The notes beneath the pieces were generated by a model that saw only the letters and a program-made list of their open reading frames with translations, was not told where the DNA came from and ran no database searches. The position numbers were made by a program, and so were the translations under genes. This document shows positions 1 through 8,819 of a DNA stretch of 64,000 bases, in pieces. How positions within the stretch are numbered: position 1 is the first letter of the stretch; each line of letters begins with the position of its first letter. Origin of the DNA: an uncultured Chlamydiales bacterium (GTDB lineage Bacteria; Chlamydiota; Chlamydiia; Chlamydiales; Rhabdochlamydiaceae); assembly GCA_963700985.1 (NCBI GenBank), contig OY969554.1:1952001-2016000 (forward strand), read 5' to 3'.

Positions 1-177
1 CGCGCCCAAAGTTTGTAGGTCGTAAGCATTTTGCGGAGCGAGAATCGAGAGCGCTTCAAAAAATGTGAGCGCAAGATCATAGCTTCCCTGCTTAATATAG
101 GAGTAACCGACGAAACGCAGATCGTCTAGTTCATCTTGCTGCCAACCTAAAACTTCTAACCAATTTACTTGGCTCAT
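1..177 (-). CDS. Partial (5' part) TPR-type protein, probable chlamydial CT274-like type III secretion chaperone
   Basis: ATG at 177 (minus) reads MSQVNWLEVLGWQQDELDDLRFVGYSYIKQGSYDLALTFFEAL..., a TPR-like helix pattern. It runs off the window edge and follows the CT273-like gene. Confidence 0.7.
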   Translation of the reverse strand, partial: MSQVNWLEVLGWQQDELDDLRFVGYSYIKQGSYDLALTFFEALSILAPQNAYDLQTLGA

Positions 178-194
178 ATAATTAGAACCTACTG

Positions 195-722
195 CTAACC
201 CTTTTGATATTGTCCGCGACGCGAGTTGATGTCAATCGAGTCTCTTTCTAAATCAGATACTTGATTTAAGAGATGCACGATAACAGTCTTCTCATGCTCT
301 TTTTGTTCTAGCTCTCTAATCTGCTGCCAAGCTTGGGTACGATCTTCACTTTTTAAAGTTTTTTCCTCAACAGTCTCATTACTTTTCTTAGATAAGGCAG
401 CCATATCAATAACGCGTTGCAGCTGAGCCTCCTTCATTTCAGGCGAACCTAAAGAGGGAATGACCTGAAAGGTGAATATGCGCTTCTTCTGTTCATTATA
501 CTTAGGGGGTGCGAGGAAATCTGCCCAAAATTGGTTGCGCCGGCCCGTATCAAAGAGCGCCTCAAACTCGCTACCATATGAAGGAGAAGTAACGTCAACC
601 TCGGCTTGCTTTTGAACGCCGCGCGCTTCGGATACAAGCTTTGCATCATATAGGTTCTGATCCTCTGCGTAGCGTGTGTAGGCTTCGGATCCTAGGTTAT
701 CTATCGTTCTCGGTTGGGCCAT
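195..722 (-). CDS. Chlamydiae-conserved hypothetical protein (CT273/DUF5399-like)
   Basis: 175-aa ORF ending INSRRGQYQKG, divergent from the mraZ-rsmH cluster as in the recalled Chlamydia gene order. Confidence 0.65.
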   Translation of the reverse strand: MAQPRTIDNLGSEAYTRYAEDQNLYDAKLVSEARGVQKQAEVDVTSPSYGSEFEALFDTGRRNQFWADFLAPPKYNEQKKRIFTFQVIPSLGSPEMKEAQLQRVIDMAALSKKSNETVEEKTLKSEDRTQAWQQIRELEQKEHEKTVIVHLLNQVSDLERDSIDINSRRGQYQKG

Positions 723-803
723 AAATGATCCTCTTTCTTATCCATTTGCCTGCGTTTTTGCTTTTTATCAATAAATTATTTTAGAAATTTTTGAGGCTTG
801 TGA

Positions 804-970
804 ACACAATTCCCACAATTTCCCACAAAGCGTCTATTTGACATCTAAGTGATTTGTTTTTAGGTATTTATAAATCAGAAAAAACAGGGTATTTTGTGGG
901 TAAATAAGGGAGTTATGTGCAAAAAAGTTGCGAAGTTAGGTGGCTGGTGTTAAATTGTGGGAAACGATGG
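804..970. promoter_or_regulatory. Putative MraZ-binding GTGG/TGGG repeats
   Basis: ACACAATTCCCACAATTTCCCAC (804-826; minus strand GTGG-N6-GTGG-N5-GTGT) and GTGT-N6-GTGG-N6-ATGG (947-970, plus strand). The ~10-bp period matches known MraZ boxes, and they lie directly upstream of mraZ. Confidence 0.6.
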
Positions 971-979
971 TTAATATTC

Positions 980-1483
980 ATGACCCGCTTCTTCTTCAGT
1001 GGATCTGTCAGCGCTAAACTCGACGAGAAAGGACGTTTTGTCCTTCCTCAATCGATGCGTTTTGGTCTGGTTGAAAATGGCGCGTTAGAATTTAGCTTGG
1101 CTTTGGGCTTAGGCGGCTGCTTGGCGATCTATCGCAAGAGCGATATCGAGAAGATAGTGCAAAAGTTTCAGTCTAAACAACATATTGGCCGCTATCAGAA
1201 GTTCTTCACCCTCTTTTTTTCAACCCTTCATCAGACCAGCTGTGATAAGATCGGCAGGGTGATGGTTCCCCCTCTATTAAAGAAGGCGATTAACATCAAA
1301 AGTGAGATTGTGGTAGCCGGCGTATTAAATAAGATCGAAATTTGGCCGAAAGAGCGCTATGATGCTCAGTTGAACGCTGTGCTCAGCGGCAAAGACCCAG
1401 AATTTGACCTTTCTAAGATTTGTGAAGAGGCCTTCGCTCTATTGGAGAGCGATGAGGAGAAGACCGATGAAGAGTGCGAATGA
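980..1483 (+). CDS. mraZ: Division/cell wall cluster transcriptional repressor MraZ
   Basis: Two DxKGR-type motifs (LDEKGRFVLP, CDKIGRVMVP) and KIEIW. First gene of the dcw cluster. ATG at 980 preferred over GTG at 917. Confidence 0.93.
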   Translation: MTRFFFSGSVSAKLDEKGRFVLPQSMRFGLVENGALEFSLALGLGGCLAIYRKSDIEKIVQKFQSKQHIGRYQKFFTLFFSTLHQTSCDKIGRVMVPPLLKKAINIKSEIVVAGVLNKIEIWPKERYDAQLNAVLSGKDPEFDLSKICEEAFALLESDEEKTDEECE

Positions 1484-2416
1484 GAATAGCCCTCATCTTC
1501 CAGTAATGGTTGACGAAGTCCTGCATTATTTCAAAGACAGACCTCTTAAAGTTTTTTTTGAAGGCACCTTAGGCGCCGGCGGACATGCGCGCGCAATTCT
1601 CGAAGCTCATCCAGAAATCCAAACCTATATCGCTTGTGATCGCGATCCAGAAGCTCTAAAGCTGGCTGCTGCCGTTTTGAGTCCTTGGAAAGATAAGGTG
1701 CACTTTGTGCATGGTGATTTTGCCGATGTGGATCAGCACTTAAAAAATCTCGGCGTGCAACAAGTCGACGGTTTTTTTTTGATCTGGGGGTTTCATCAAT
1801 GCAACTAGATCAAGGACAGAAGGGCTTCAGCTTTTCTAAAGAAGGACCGCTGGACATGCGGATGAATCCTTCTAGCCCGCTTACAGCCAAAGAAATTGTC
1901 AATGAGTGGTCCGAACACGAATTAGCTAAAATTTTCCGTGAACTTGGGGAAGAACCCAGGTGGAGAAGAGCCGCGCAAGCGATTTGCGCTGAGCGTAAAA
2001 AGCATCCCATTTCAACGACTAAAGAGCTTGCAGATCTACTCGTGTCAACACTCGGTTATCGCGGCAAGAAAAGGCTGCATCCCGCTACTCTGATTTTCCA
2101 AGCATTGCGCATCTCTGTCAATGACGAGTTGGGTTCGATTGAAAGGGCTTTGAATCAAGTTTCAGGTTTTCTATCTCCCGGCGGAAGAGTAGGAGTGATC
2201 AGTTTTCATAGTCTCGAAGATCGCATTGTGAAAAATATCTTTAGATCTGCTGCGCAAAAACGCCGTGCAAAAAGAGGCCAAGAAGAGATCGTGCCTGTTT
2301 TGCAGCTACTCACCAAGAAGCCCGCAGTGCCGAGCGAAATCGAGACGCGCCGTAATCCACGTTCGCGAAGCGCCAAGTTGCGCTTTGCTGAAAAAGTTGG
2401 AGGCTCAGATGAATAG
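1467..2416 (+). CDS. rsmH: 16S rRNA m4C1402 methyltransferase RsmH (MraW), split by a frameshift at a T9 run (1772-1780)
   Basis: The N-half (HLPVMVDEV, GTLGAGGHA, DRDPEA) is in one frame and the C-half (DLGVSSMQLD, GPLDMRM, FQALRISVNDEL, ISFHSLEDRIVK, NPRSRSAKLR) in another. Adding one T gives a continuous 316-aa protein. Confidence 0.9.
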
Positions 2417-2768
2417 AGGCTTTATTCTAAGGATCTGCTTATGTATGCTGTTCGCAGGCCTCTGTCTCTATTCTTTCGTAGACATGCAAAATGAAGTGAC
2501 TGAGTTTAGAATTAAGCTTCCTCAGATCGCCAAAGAGATTAAGACTATCCAAGAGGAAAACGATAGATTGCATTACGAGATCGAACAGTTCGAAAACCCC
2601 CAGCATCTCATGCAGCTCGCTAGACTTCCTGAGTTTAGTCATCTTAAACACCCTCTTCTTAAAGAGATTCTCACAGTAAAAGAGGATGTGGCGCTTGCTA
2701 TTCCCGCTGTGAAAGAAGAAAAAGTAGCAGTCAAGCCCGCATTAACCCTTGCCATCGGTGCCAACTAA
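2409..2768 (+). CDS. ftsL: FtsL-like cell division protein (CT271-like)
   Basis: One N-terminal TM segment followed by a coiled coil (IKTIQEENDRLHYEIEQFENPQHL). Canonical position between rsmH and ftsI. Confidence 0.7.
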   Translation: MNRGFILRICLCMLFAGLCLYSFVDMQNEVTEFRIKLPQIAKEIKTIQEENDRLHYEIEQFENPQHLMQLARLPEFSHLKHPLLKEILTVKEDVALAIPAVKEEKVAVKPALTLAIGAN

Positions 2769-4761
2769 CTCAAATTTTGTGAATAGAAAGCGACTCTTAT
2801 ATGTCGCTTTCTTTACTCTACTCCTTTTCAGCCTGCTAATCGTTCAATTCTTCCGTATTCAAATCATTGAAGGCGAAAAGTGGACGAAAGAGGCGCGAAA
2901 GCAGCATCAACTCGTCATCGCAGAACCGTTTAAACGCGGTCTTTTTTATTCCAATAGCGCCATCAAGAAAGGACATCCTGAGACACTGCAACCACTGGTA
3001 GTGGATGTGCCTAAGTTTCATCTTTTTGTCGACCCTTCCTCTATTCCTTCTGATTTGCGAGATGGAGTTACTTTATCGATTGCACGCATCTTGAATCTCA
3101 CCAAAGAAGATGGCGAGAAAATGGGAGAGCAGCTGACCAAGAAGAGCAGAAACCGCAAGCTCAGAGCTTGGCTTTCTCAGGAAGAGCGCAATAAGGTCAA
3201 CCGCTGGTGGGAAAGCTGTTATAAAAAATATAAGCTCCCTAGAAACGCGATCTATTTTGTGCAAGATTACAAACGTTCCTATCCTTTCGGACACCTTTTG
3301 GGGCAAGTGCTCCACACGGTGCGCGAAGAGAGCGATGTTAAAACAAAGCAGAGCATTCCCACAGGGGGGCTCGAGCTTTATTTCAATCGTTACCTCAAAG
3401 GAAAAGAGGGTAAAAGACTGCTTTTGCGCTCGCCACGACACCCCTTAGATATGGGGAAGGTTCTGGCTCTGCCCGAAAATGGGGCGGACATCCATCTGAC
3501 GATCAATCACTACCTTCAAGCCATTGCCGAAGAAGAGATTGAAATAGCCGTAAAAAAAGCCTCAGCTAAAAGCGGTTGGGCGGTCATGATGCATCCCCGC
3601 ACGGGCGAGATATACGCTTTGGCGCAATATCCCTATTTTGAGCCTTCAAATTATGGCCAATATTTTGAGGAGCAACCTCAAGAGACCAAAGTCAAAGCGA
3701 TCACAGATCCTTATGAGCCTGGTTCCACCATGAAGCCGCTGACGTTGGCGATCTGCATGAAAGCCAATGCTGAGCTTAAAAAACAGGGCAAGAAGCCGAT
3801 CTTTTTCCCCGAAGAGAAAATCGCAACTGCAAATGGGCGTTTTCCTGGCCGTTCAAAACCGATCTCTGACACGCATCTGCATAATTTTTTAAACATGGAT
3901 CTCGCGTTGCAGAAGTCTTCGAATATCTATATGGCGCGCATGATCCAGCGCGTAATCGAAACTTTAGGCGAAGAGTGGTATCGCAACAGTTTGCAAGAGC
4001 TCTGCGGATTTGGAACAAAAGTAGGCCTTGAACTTCCCGGAGAGAGTATAGGCCTTCTTCCAGCCTTTGGAAAAAAACATCCTAATGGCGCCTTAGAATG
4101 GTCGACATCCACTCCTTTTTCTATTGCATTTGGCCATAATATCTGTGTCACCAGCTTGCAGATGATAAAAAGTTATGCCGTCTTGGCCAATGGCGGGTTT
4201 GATGTGAAACCTACGCTGATACGCAAAATTGTCAAAACACGTGCGGATGGAAGTGAAGAAATAATTTTAGATAATACCAATCGCACGGAGACAATGCCGC
4301 GCATTTTAGAAACTGAAATTGTCGACCGATTAATCCAATCGATGAAGTATGTGACAAAGCCTGGCGGAACAGCCGCGAAAGGCGATGTACCTGGATACAC
4401 AGAGGTGGGAAAGACGGCTACGACTGAAAAGATCGTGTCGGGGACCTATTCTAAAAAGGACCATATTGCTACCTTTGTGGGATTCGTGCCGGCTAAGAAT
4501 GCAGAATTTGTACTCTTAGTTGCCGTGGATGACCCAGAATTTAAATATATTCCTGGAGTAGGAAGAAATCAGCTCGGGGGCAATTGCTGTGCACCAGCAT
4601 TCCGCGAGATTTCCATCCGTGCGCTGCAGTATCTGGGAGTTGAGCCAGACGACCCTTATGGGTATCCAGCTGGGGATCCTCGTGCTAACCGCGAAAAGGC
4701 TGATTGGACGAAAGAGCTAAAGCAACTCAAAGAGCTCTACCTACAATGGAATGAGCATTAA
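2749..4761 (+). CDS. ftsI: Penicillin-binding protein 3 (FtsI), class B transpeptidase
   Basis: N-terminal TM, RSYPFG, EPGSTMK (SxxK), KSSN (SxN), GKTAT. Start uncertain (GTG at 2779 possible). Confidence 0.92.
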   Translation: MPSVPTNSNFVNRKRLLYVAFFTLLLFSLLIVQFFRIQIIEGEKWTKEARKQHQLVIAEPFKRGLFYSNSAIKKGHPETLQPLVVDVPKFHLFVDPSSIPSDLRDGVTLSIARILNLTKEDGEKMGEQLTKKSRNRKLRAWLSQEERNKVNRWWESCYKKYKLPRNAIYFVQDYKRSYPFGHLLGQVLHTVREESDVKTKQSIPTGGLELYFNRYLKGKEGKRLLLRSPRHPLDMGKVLALPENGADIHLTINHYLQAIAEEEIEIAVKKASAKSGWAVMMHPRTGEIYALAQYPYFEPSNYGQYFEEQPQETKVKAITDPYEPGSTMKPLTLAICMKANAELKKQGKKPIFFPEEKIATANGRFPGRSKPISDTHLHNFLNMDLALQKSSNIYMARMIQRVIETLGEEWYRNSLQELCGFGTKVGLELPGESIGLLPAFGKKHPNGALEWSTSTPFSIAFGHNICVTSLQMIKSYAVLANGGFDVKPTLIRKIVKTRADGSEEIILDNTNRTETMPRILETEIVDRLIQSMKYVTKPGGTAAKGDVPGYTEVGKTATTEKIVSGTYSKKDHIATFVGFVPAKNAEFVLLVAVDDPEFKYIPGVGRNQLGGNCCAPAFREISIRALQYLGVEPDDPYGYPAGDPRANREKADWTKELKQLKELYLQWNEH

Positions 4762-4769
4762 GTTAGACC

Positions 4770-6224
4770 ATGAAAATTAAAAGGCTTTTAAAAGACCTTC
4801 CCGACGTACAAGTCAGAGGCTCCAGAGAAGTGGAGATTACGGGTATCTGTGCGAACTCAAAAACCGTAGCTCCGGGGAACCTATTTATTGCAAAAAAAGG
4901 GCTTACGAACGACGGCGCCCGTTTTATTCCTGATGCAATCGCTGCCGGAGCTGTGGCTATTCTCACAGACATTTACGACCCTTTCCTGACAGATATCGTG
5001 CAGATTGTGCACGCAGATGTAGTGGGTCTTGAAGCTAAACTTGCTGCTGTTTACTACCACGACCCTGTCGATAAGCTCTTTTTAGTTGGCATCACAGGTA
5101 CGAATGGGAAAACCACAACGTCTTATCTTATTAGACATCTTTTCGAAAAGAGCAAGGTGCGTTGCGGCCTGATCGGAACAGTCGAGTGGATCGTTGGAGA
5201 GAATCATCTTCCTTCGCTTTACACGACGCCCGATCTTCTGACTAACTATAAGCTCTTTCACGAGATGGTGCAAAATGAGTGCAAAGCTGCCGTAATGGAA
5301 GTTGCTTCTCATGCTTTAGATCAAGAGAGAGTCAAAGATGTTGAGTTCGATGTGGCTGTTTTTACGAATTTAACCCAAGACCATCTCGACTACCATAAGA
5401 CGATGGAGATCTATGCCGATGCCAAGGCTAAACTTTTCCGCTCGCTTGGCAAAGATAAAGTTGCCGTGGTAAATGCAGATAGCAGCTGGATGCCATTGTT
5501 AATGCAAGGCTGCCAAGCTCAATGCATGACCTATGGTGTCGATGCTCAAGCAGATCTGATGGCCACTGAGATTGTTCTCTCTTCTGATGGCATTAAGTTC
5601 TGCGCGAATTACAAAGATAAAAAAGTCGCTTTCCGCACTGCACTTATCGGACGTTTCAACTTATATAACTGTCTGGCAGCTCTGGGAGCCGGTCTGGCAT
5701 ATGGGCTAACATTAGAAGAAATGGTGCCGCTACTAGCTAGTTTTAAAAGTGTGCGCGGAAGGCTCGAGCGCGTCGAGAATAATCGTAAGATGAATATTTT
5801 TGTCGATTATGCGCATACCGATGATGCTCTGAAAAATGTTCTAACTACGCTTAGCGAGTTTAAAAAAGGCCGCCTGATCACCGTATTTGGCTGCGGTGGA
5901 AATCGCGATGCAGGCAAACGCCCCAAGATGGGCAGCGTTGTAGATCTCTTTTCAGATCTATCGATTGTCACAAGCGACAATCCGCGCAATGAAGATCCAA
6001 ATGAGATTATTAAAGAGGTTCTAGGGGGCTTTCGTGACCCCGCCCGCCCAATCGTGCTGGCCGACCGACGCGAGGCGATCCGCAAAGCGTTGCAGCTAGC
6101 GAACCCCGACGATATCGTCTTGATCGCCGGCAAAGGACATGAGACCACGCAGATCTTTGCGCATCAGACCGTGCACTTCGATGACCGCGCTGTGGCCAAA
6201 GAAGAACTTCCCTCCATTACTTAA
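4770..6224 (+). CDS. murE: UDP-N-acetylmuramoyl-L-alanyl-D-glutamate--2,6-diaminopimelate ligase
   Basis: GITGTNGKTT, MEVASHAL, FTNLTQDHLDYH, VDYAHT, DNPR (meso-DAP specificity), LIAGKGHE. Confidence 0.97.
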   Translation: MKIKRLLKDLPDVQVRGSREVEITGICANSKTVAPGNLFIAKKGLTNDGARFIPDAIAAGAVAILTDIYDPFLTDIVQIVHADVVGLEAKLAAVYYHDPVDKLFLVGITGTNGKTTTSYLIRHLFEKSKVRCGLIGTVEWIVGENHLPSLYTTPDLLTNYKLFHEMVQNECKAAVMEVASHALDQERVKDVEFDVAVFTNLTQDHLDYHKTMEIYADAKAKLFRSLGKDKVAVVNADSSWMPLLMQGCQAQCMTYGVDAQADLMATEIVLSSDGIKFCANYKDKKVAFRTALIGRFNLYNCLAALGAGLAYGLTLEEMVPLLASFKSVRGRLERVENNRKMNIFVDYAHTDDALKNVLTTLSEFKKGRLITVFGCGGNRDAGKRPKMGSVVDLFSDLSIVTSDNPRNEDPNEIIKEVLGGFRDPARPIVLADRREAIRKALQLANPDDIVLIAGKGHETTQIFAHQTVHFDDRAVAKEELPSIT

Positions 6225-6318
6225 AAAATCGAAAATTAAATTGCAAAATCAGATTTTTAGCCTGTGAATTTATTTTTAAGTACTTAATTATTAGAGCGTT
6301 ATATTTATTGATCGTATT

Positions 6319-6363
6319 TGTAACACAAACACCCAGTTGAAGTATATGGGTGTTTGTGTTACA
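6319..6363. promoter_or_regulatory. Perfect 17-bp inverted repeat, probable AbiEi autoregulatory operator
   Basis: TGTAACACAAACACCCA-N11-TGGGTGTTTGTGTTACA, ending 8 bp before the antitoxin ATG. Confidence 0.75.
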
Positions 6364-6371
6364 TTTTAGTT

Positions 6372-6968
6372 ATGAAACAATCAAAATACGCAACATCTCT
6401 TCAGGCTCTATCCAAAAAACCTATTTTTACTGCTGAAGAAGGACGCTTAGCAGGGATTCCTTCTCGCATGCTTTCATATTTTTGTTCAAAGGGATGGATT
6501 GAAAGAGTTAGCAGGGGGACCTACAAAATAAAAGAGATTGAGTTTGATCAAGATTTTGAATGGGAGGATCTTGCTTTAACTGCAATGAGCATTCCCAATG
6601 GGACCATCTGCCTAATTTCTGCGCTTTGCTATTATGATCTAACAGATGAAATCATGAGAGAGTTTTGGATAGCGGTTCCTCACTCAACAACCTCGCCAGA
6701 AAGAGAAAATGCTCGCATAGTGAGAACACGTAATACAACTCTTGGGCAAACCACTACGAAAATAGGAAACAATGATCTGAAAATTTTCGATCGTGAGCGT
6801 ACAGTTGTAGATGCTTTTCGTTATTTGGATAAAGAAATCGCTCTTAAAGCACTACAAGCCTATTTGAAGACGACTAAAGAAACAAAACCAGATATAATAA
6901 AAATTATGAAGTACGCCAAAATACTCAGAGTTGATTTAACTCCTTATATTATGGCGTTTTCAGTATGA
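6372..6968 (+). CDS. Type IV toxin-antitoxin antitoxin, AbiEi family
   Basis: N-terminal wHTH (GWIERVSRGTY), ICLISALCYYDLTDE, DRERTVVDAFRY. ATGA overlap with the downstream toxin. Confidence 0.85.
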   Translation: MKQSKYATSLQALSKKPIFTAEEGRLAGIPSRMLSYFCSKGWIERVSRGTYKIKEIEFDQDFEWEDLALTAMSIPNGTICLISALCYYDLTDEIMREFWIAVPHSTTSPERENARIVRTRNTTLGQTTTKIGNNDLKIFDRERTVVDAFRYLDKEIALKALQAYLKTTKETKPDIIKIMKYAKILRVDLTPYIMAFSV

Positions 6969-7846
6969 AATCTCCCATAGAACAGTCAATAAAAGAAAAG
7001 CTTAAGCTGCTTGCAAAAGAGAGGGAAACTTCCTTTGCGCAGCTGTGGAGAAATTTAATTCTGGAAAGATTTTTAACCCGTTTGTCTCAATCTTCTTATA
7101 GAGATAAATTTGTCTTAAAAGGAGGTACACTTTTAGCGAAATATCTGCCTCTTGGAAGAGAAACAAAAGATCTCGATTTTTTCATTCAGAAGTTATCTAA
7201 CACTGAAAGCTCTCTTGAGAAAGTTCTCCGTGCCATTTGCGATATTGATGCAAGCGACAGCTTTGCGTTCGAGATGGTCAAGGTAGATGTTTTGGAACAT
7301 ATCCATTTGGCCTATACCGGCGCTCAAATATCCCTTCTTGCAAAATTCGGGGCTACTCAGACGCGGATTCGAATAGATTTGGGTTTTGGAGATATGGTTG
7401 AAGCTATTGATTATTCGATCGATTTGACAGCCACAACAAAAGGTCCTCTGTTTGAAAGTAAAATTTCGCTGCGTTGTTATCCGAAAGAATTTATCTTTGC
7501 AGAAAAATTAGAGACGGCAGTTTTTCGAGGTGAAGGAAACACCCGTATGAAGGATTTTCATGATCTACATTCGCTGATCTCTCTAGGAAACTTAAGCGAA
7601 GCCCTTACGGAAAAAGCCATTCAATTGGTTTTTAATCATAGGAAAACCTCTCTTAAAGGATTACCCATTGCTTTTGATGCTAACGTCTTGAAGCAGCTTG
7701 AAAAAGGGTGGGGCTTATACTGTCGAAGGCTTAAAACGACAAAAAACTTTCTCATTTTGCCTGGGTCTATTGAAGGCTTAATAGAATCCGTTAACCTGTG
7801 GCTCAATCAGAAAACAGCTCTTTGTAAGGGCAATGATGAAATTTGA
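6965..7846 (+). CDS. Type IV toxin-antitoxin toxin, AbiEii/AbiGii nucleotidyltransferase
   Basis: ERFLTRLS, FVLKGGTLL, RETKDLDF, IDLGFGD, AEKLE, TRMKDFHDL. Confidence 0.9.
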   Translation: MKSPIEQSIKEKLKLLAKERETSFAQLWRNLILERFLTRLSQSSYRDKFVLKGGTLLAKYLPLGRETKDLDFFIQKLSNTESSLEKVLRAICDIDASDSFAFEMVKVDVLEHIHLAYTGAQISLLAKFGATQTRIRIDLGFGDMVEAIDYSIDLTATTKGPLFESKISLRCYPKEFIFAEKLETAVFRGEGNTRMKDFHDLHSLISLGNLSEALTEKAIQLVFNHRKTSLKGLPIAFDANVLKQLEKGWGLYCRRLKTTKNFLILPGSIEGLIESVNLWLNQKTALCKGNDEI

Positions 7847-7952
7847 GTTCTTGAACAAAGTCGACGGAATCGCTATTCTTCGCTATACTGTTGCCGGTCC
7901 GAAAATTTGAGTTTCAGACTGACGGCGTTATATATATTATCGAGATAAGCTC

Positions 7953-8660
7953 ATGCGTTTTTCGGGTCGAATTCTTCTGTTTCTGTGTACGCTTATTCTG
8001 CTTGGCACCTCTTGCTCTTCAGCGAGTAAGAGCGAAGCGGCGCAATCTTCTTATGAACCTGCTGTGCGCAGTGAATCAGAGTTAGCTTCTTCTTCACATC
8101 TTTATCCAGCGCATCCGCTGATCATTTTAGACGCGGGACATGGCGGTACGGATGAGGGCGCGCGGGTTAACTCCTTTATGGAAAAGCGCATTACGCTTTC
8201 CACAGCTCTCTTAACGAAAAAACGTTTAGAAGAGCGCGGATACAAGGTCATCTTAACACGTGCACGCGATAGCTACATTTCGCTGGCAAGACGCGTCTCA
8301 ATTGCTAACCGAACAAAGTGTGCGGCTTTTGTCAGCATCCATTTCAATGCCTCACGCAGCCATACCGCTAAAGGAATTGAGATCTATTTCTGCGATACCA
8401 AAGAGAAATGGAGAGGAAGAGCTTCAAGACGTTTAGCGGATTGTATCCTTTATCAAGTGATCGATCAGACGGAAGCACACTCAAGAGGGGTCAAGGGAGG
8501 CAACTTCCATGTGATCCGCGAAACTGAGATGCCCGCGGTTTTAGTTGAAGGCGGATTTGTTACAAATGGCGAAGAGAGACAGCTGCTTAAAGATAAAGCG
8601 TATCTCTCTAAAATCGCTGAAGGAATCGCAAATGGCGTGGATAAATACTTTAAATCCTAA
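7953..8660 (+). CDS. amiA: N-acetylmuramoyl-L-alanine amidase (Amidase_3)
   Basis: ILDAGHGGTDEGA, LTR, RVSIAN, FVSIHFNA, PAVLVEGGFVTN. N-terminal signal or lipoprotein-like peptide. Confidence 0.92.
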   Translation: MRFSGRILLFLCTLILLGTSCSSASKSEAAQSSYEPAVRSESELASSSHLYPAHPLIILDAGHGGTDEGARVNSFMEKRITLSTALLTKKRLEERGYKVILTRARDSYISLARRVSIANRTKCAAFVSIHFNASRSHTAKGIEIYFCDTKEKWRGRASRRLADCILYQVIDQTEAHSRGVKGGNFHVIRETEMPAVLVEGGFVTNGEERQLLKDKAYLSKIAEGIANGVDKYFKS

Positions 8661-8671
8661 ATTCTAAAAAA

Positions 8672-8744
8672 CGTCCTCGGCGCGAATTGAACGCGCGACC
8701 TGTCGCTTAGGAGGCGACCGCTCTATCCTCTGAGCTACGAGGAC
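8672..8744 (-). tRNA. tRNA-Arg (anticodon CCT)
   Basis: Minus strand GTCCTCGTAGCTCAGAGGATAGAGCGGTCGC-CTCCTAA-GCGACAGGTCGCGCGTTCAATTCGCGCCGAGGACG folds as a cloverleaf. CCA is not encoded. Confidence 0.95.
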
Positions 8745-8819
8745 AAATCGCCATAAAACCCTTAAGAGTTTAGGGATTATTGGCTCTTTGACGCAAGCAA
8801 ATCATTGGAGAAACAGAAC

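Noticed and set aside
1404-2416. Two independent genes (134 aa and 205 aa) as listed in the ORF track
   Set aside because: They are the consecutive halves of one RsmH, joined at the T9 run.
6276-6287. TTAAGTACTTAA, also found at the centre of the 17654-17685 palindrome
   Set aside because: A 12-bp AT-rich palindrome with unrelated flanks, likely coincidental.
7839-7913. AAATTTGAGTT direct repeat at the right end of the AbiE cassette
   Set aside because: Both copies are on the same side of the cassette, so it is not a target-site duplication.
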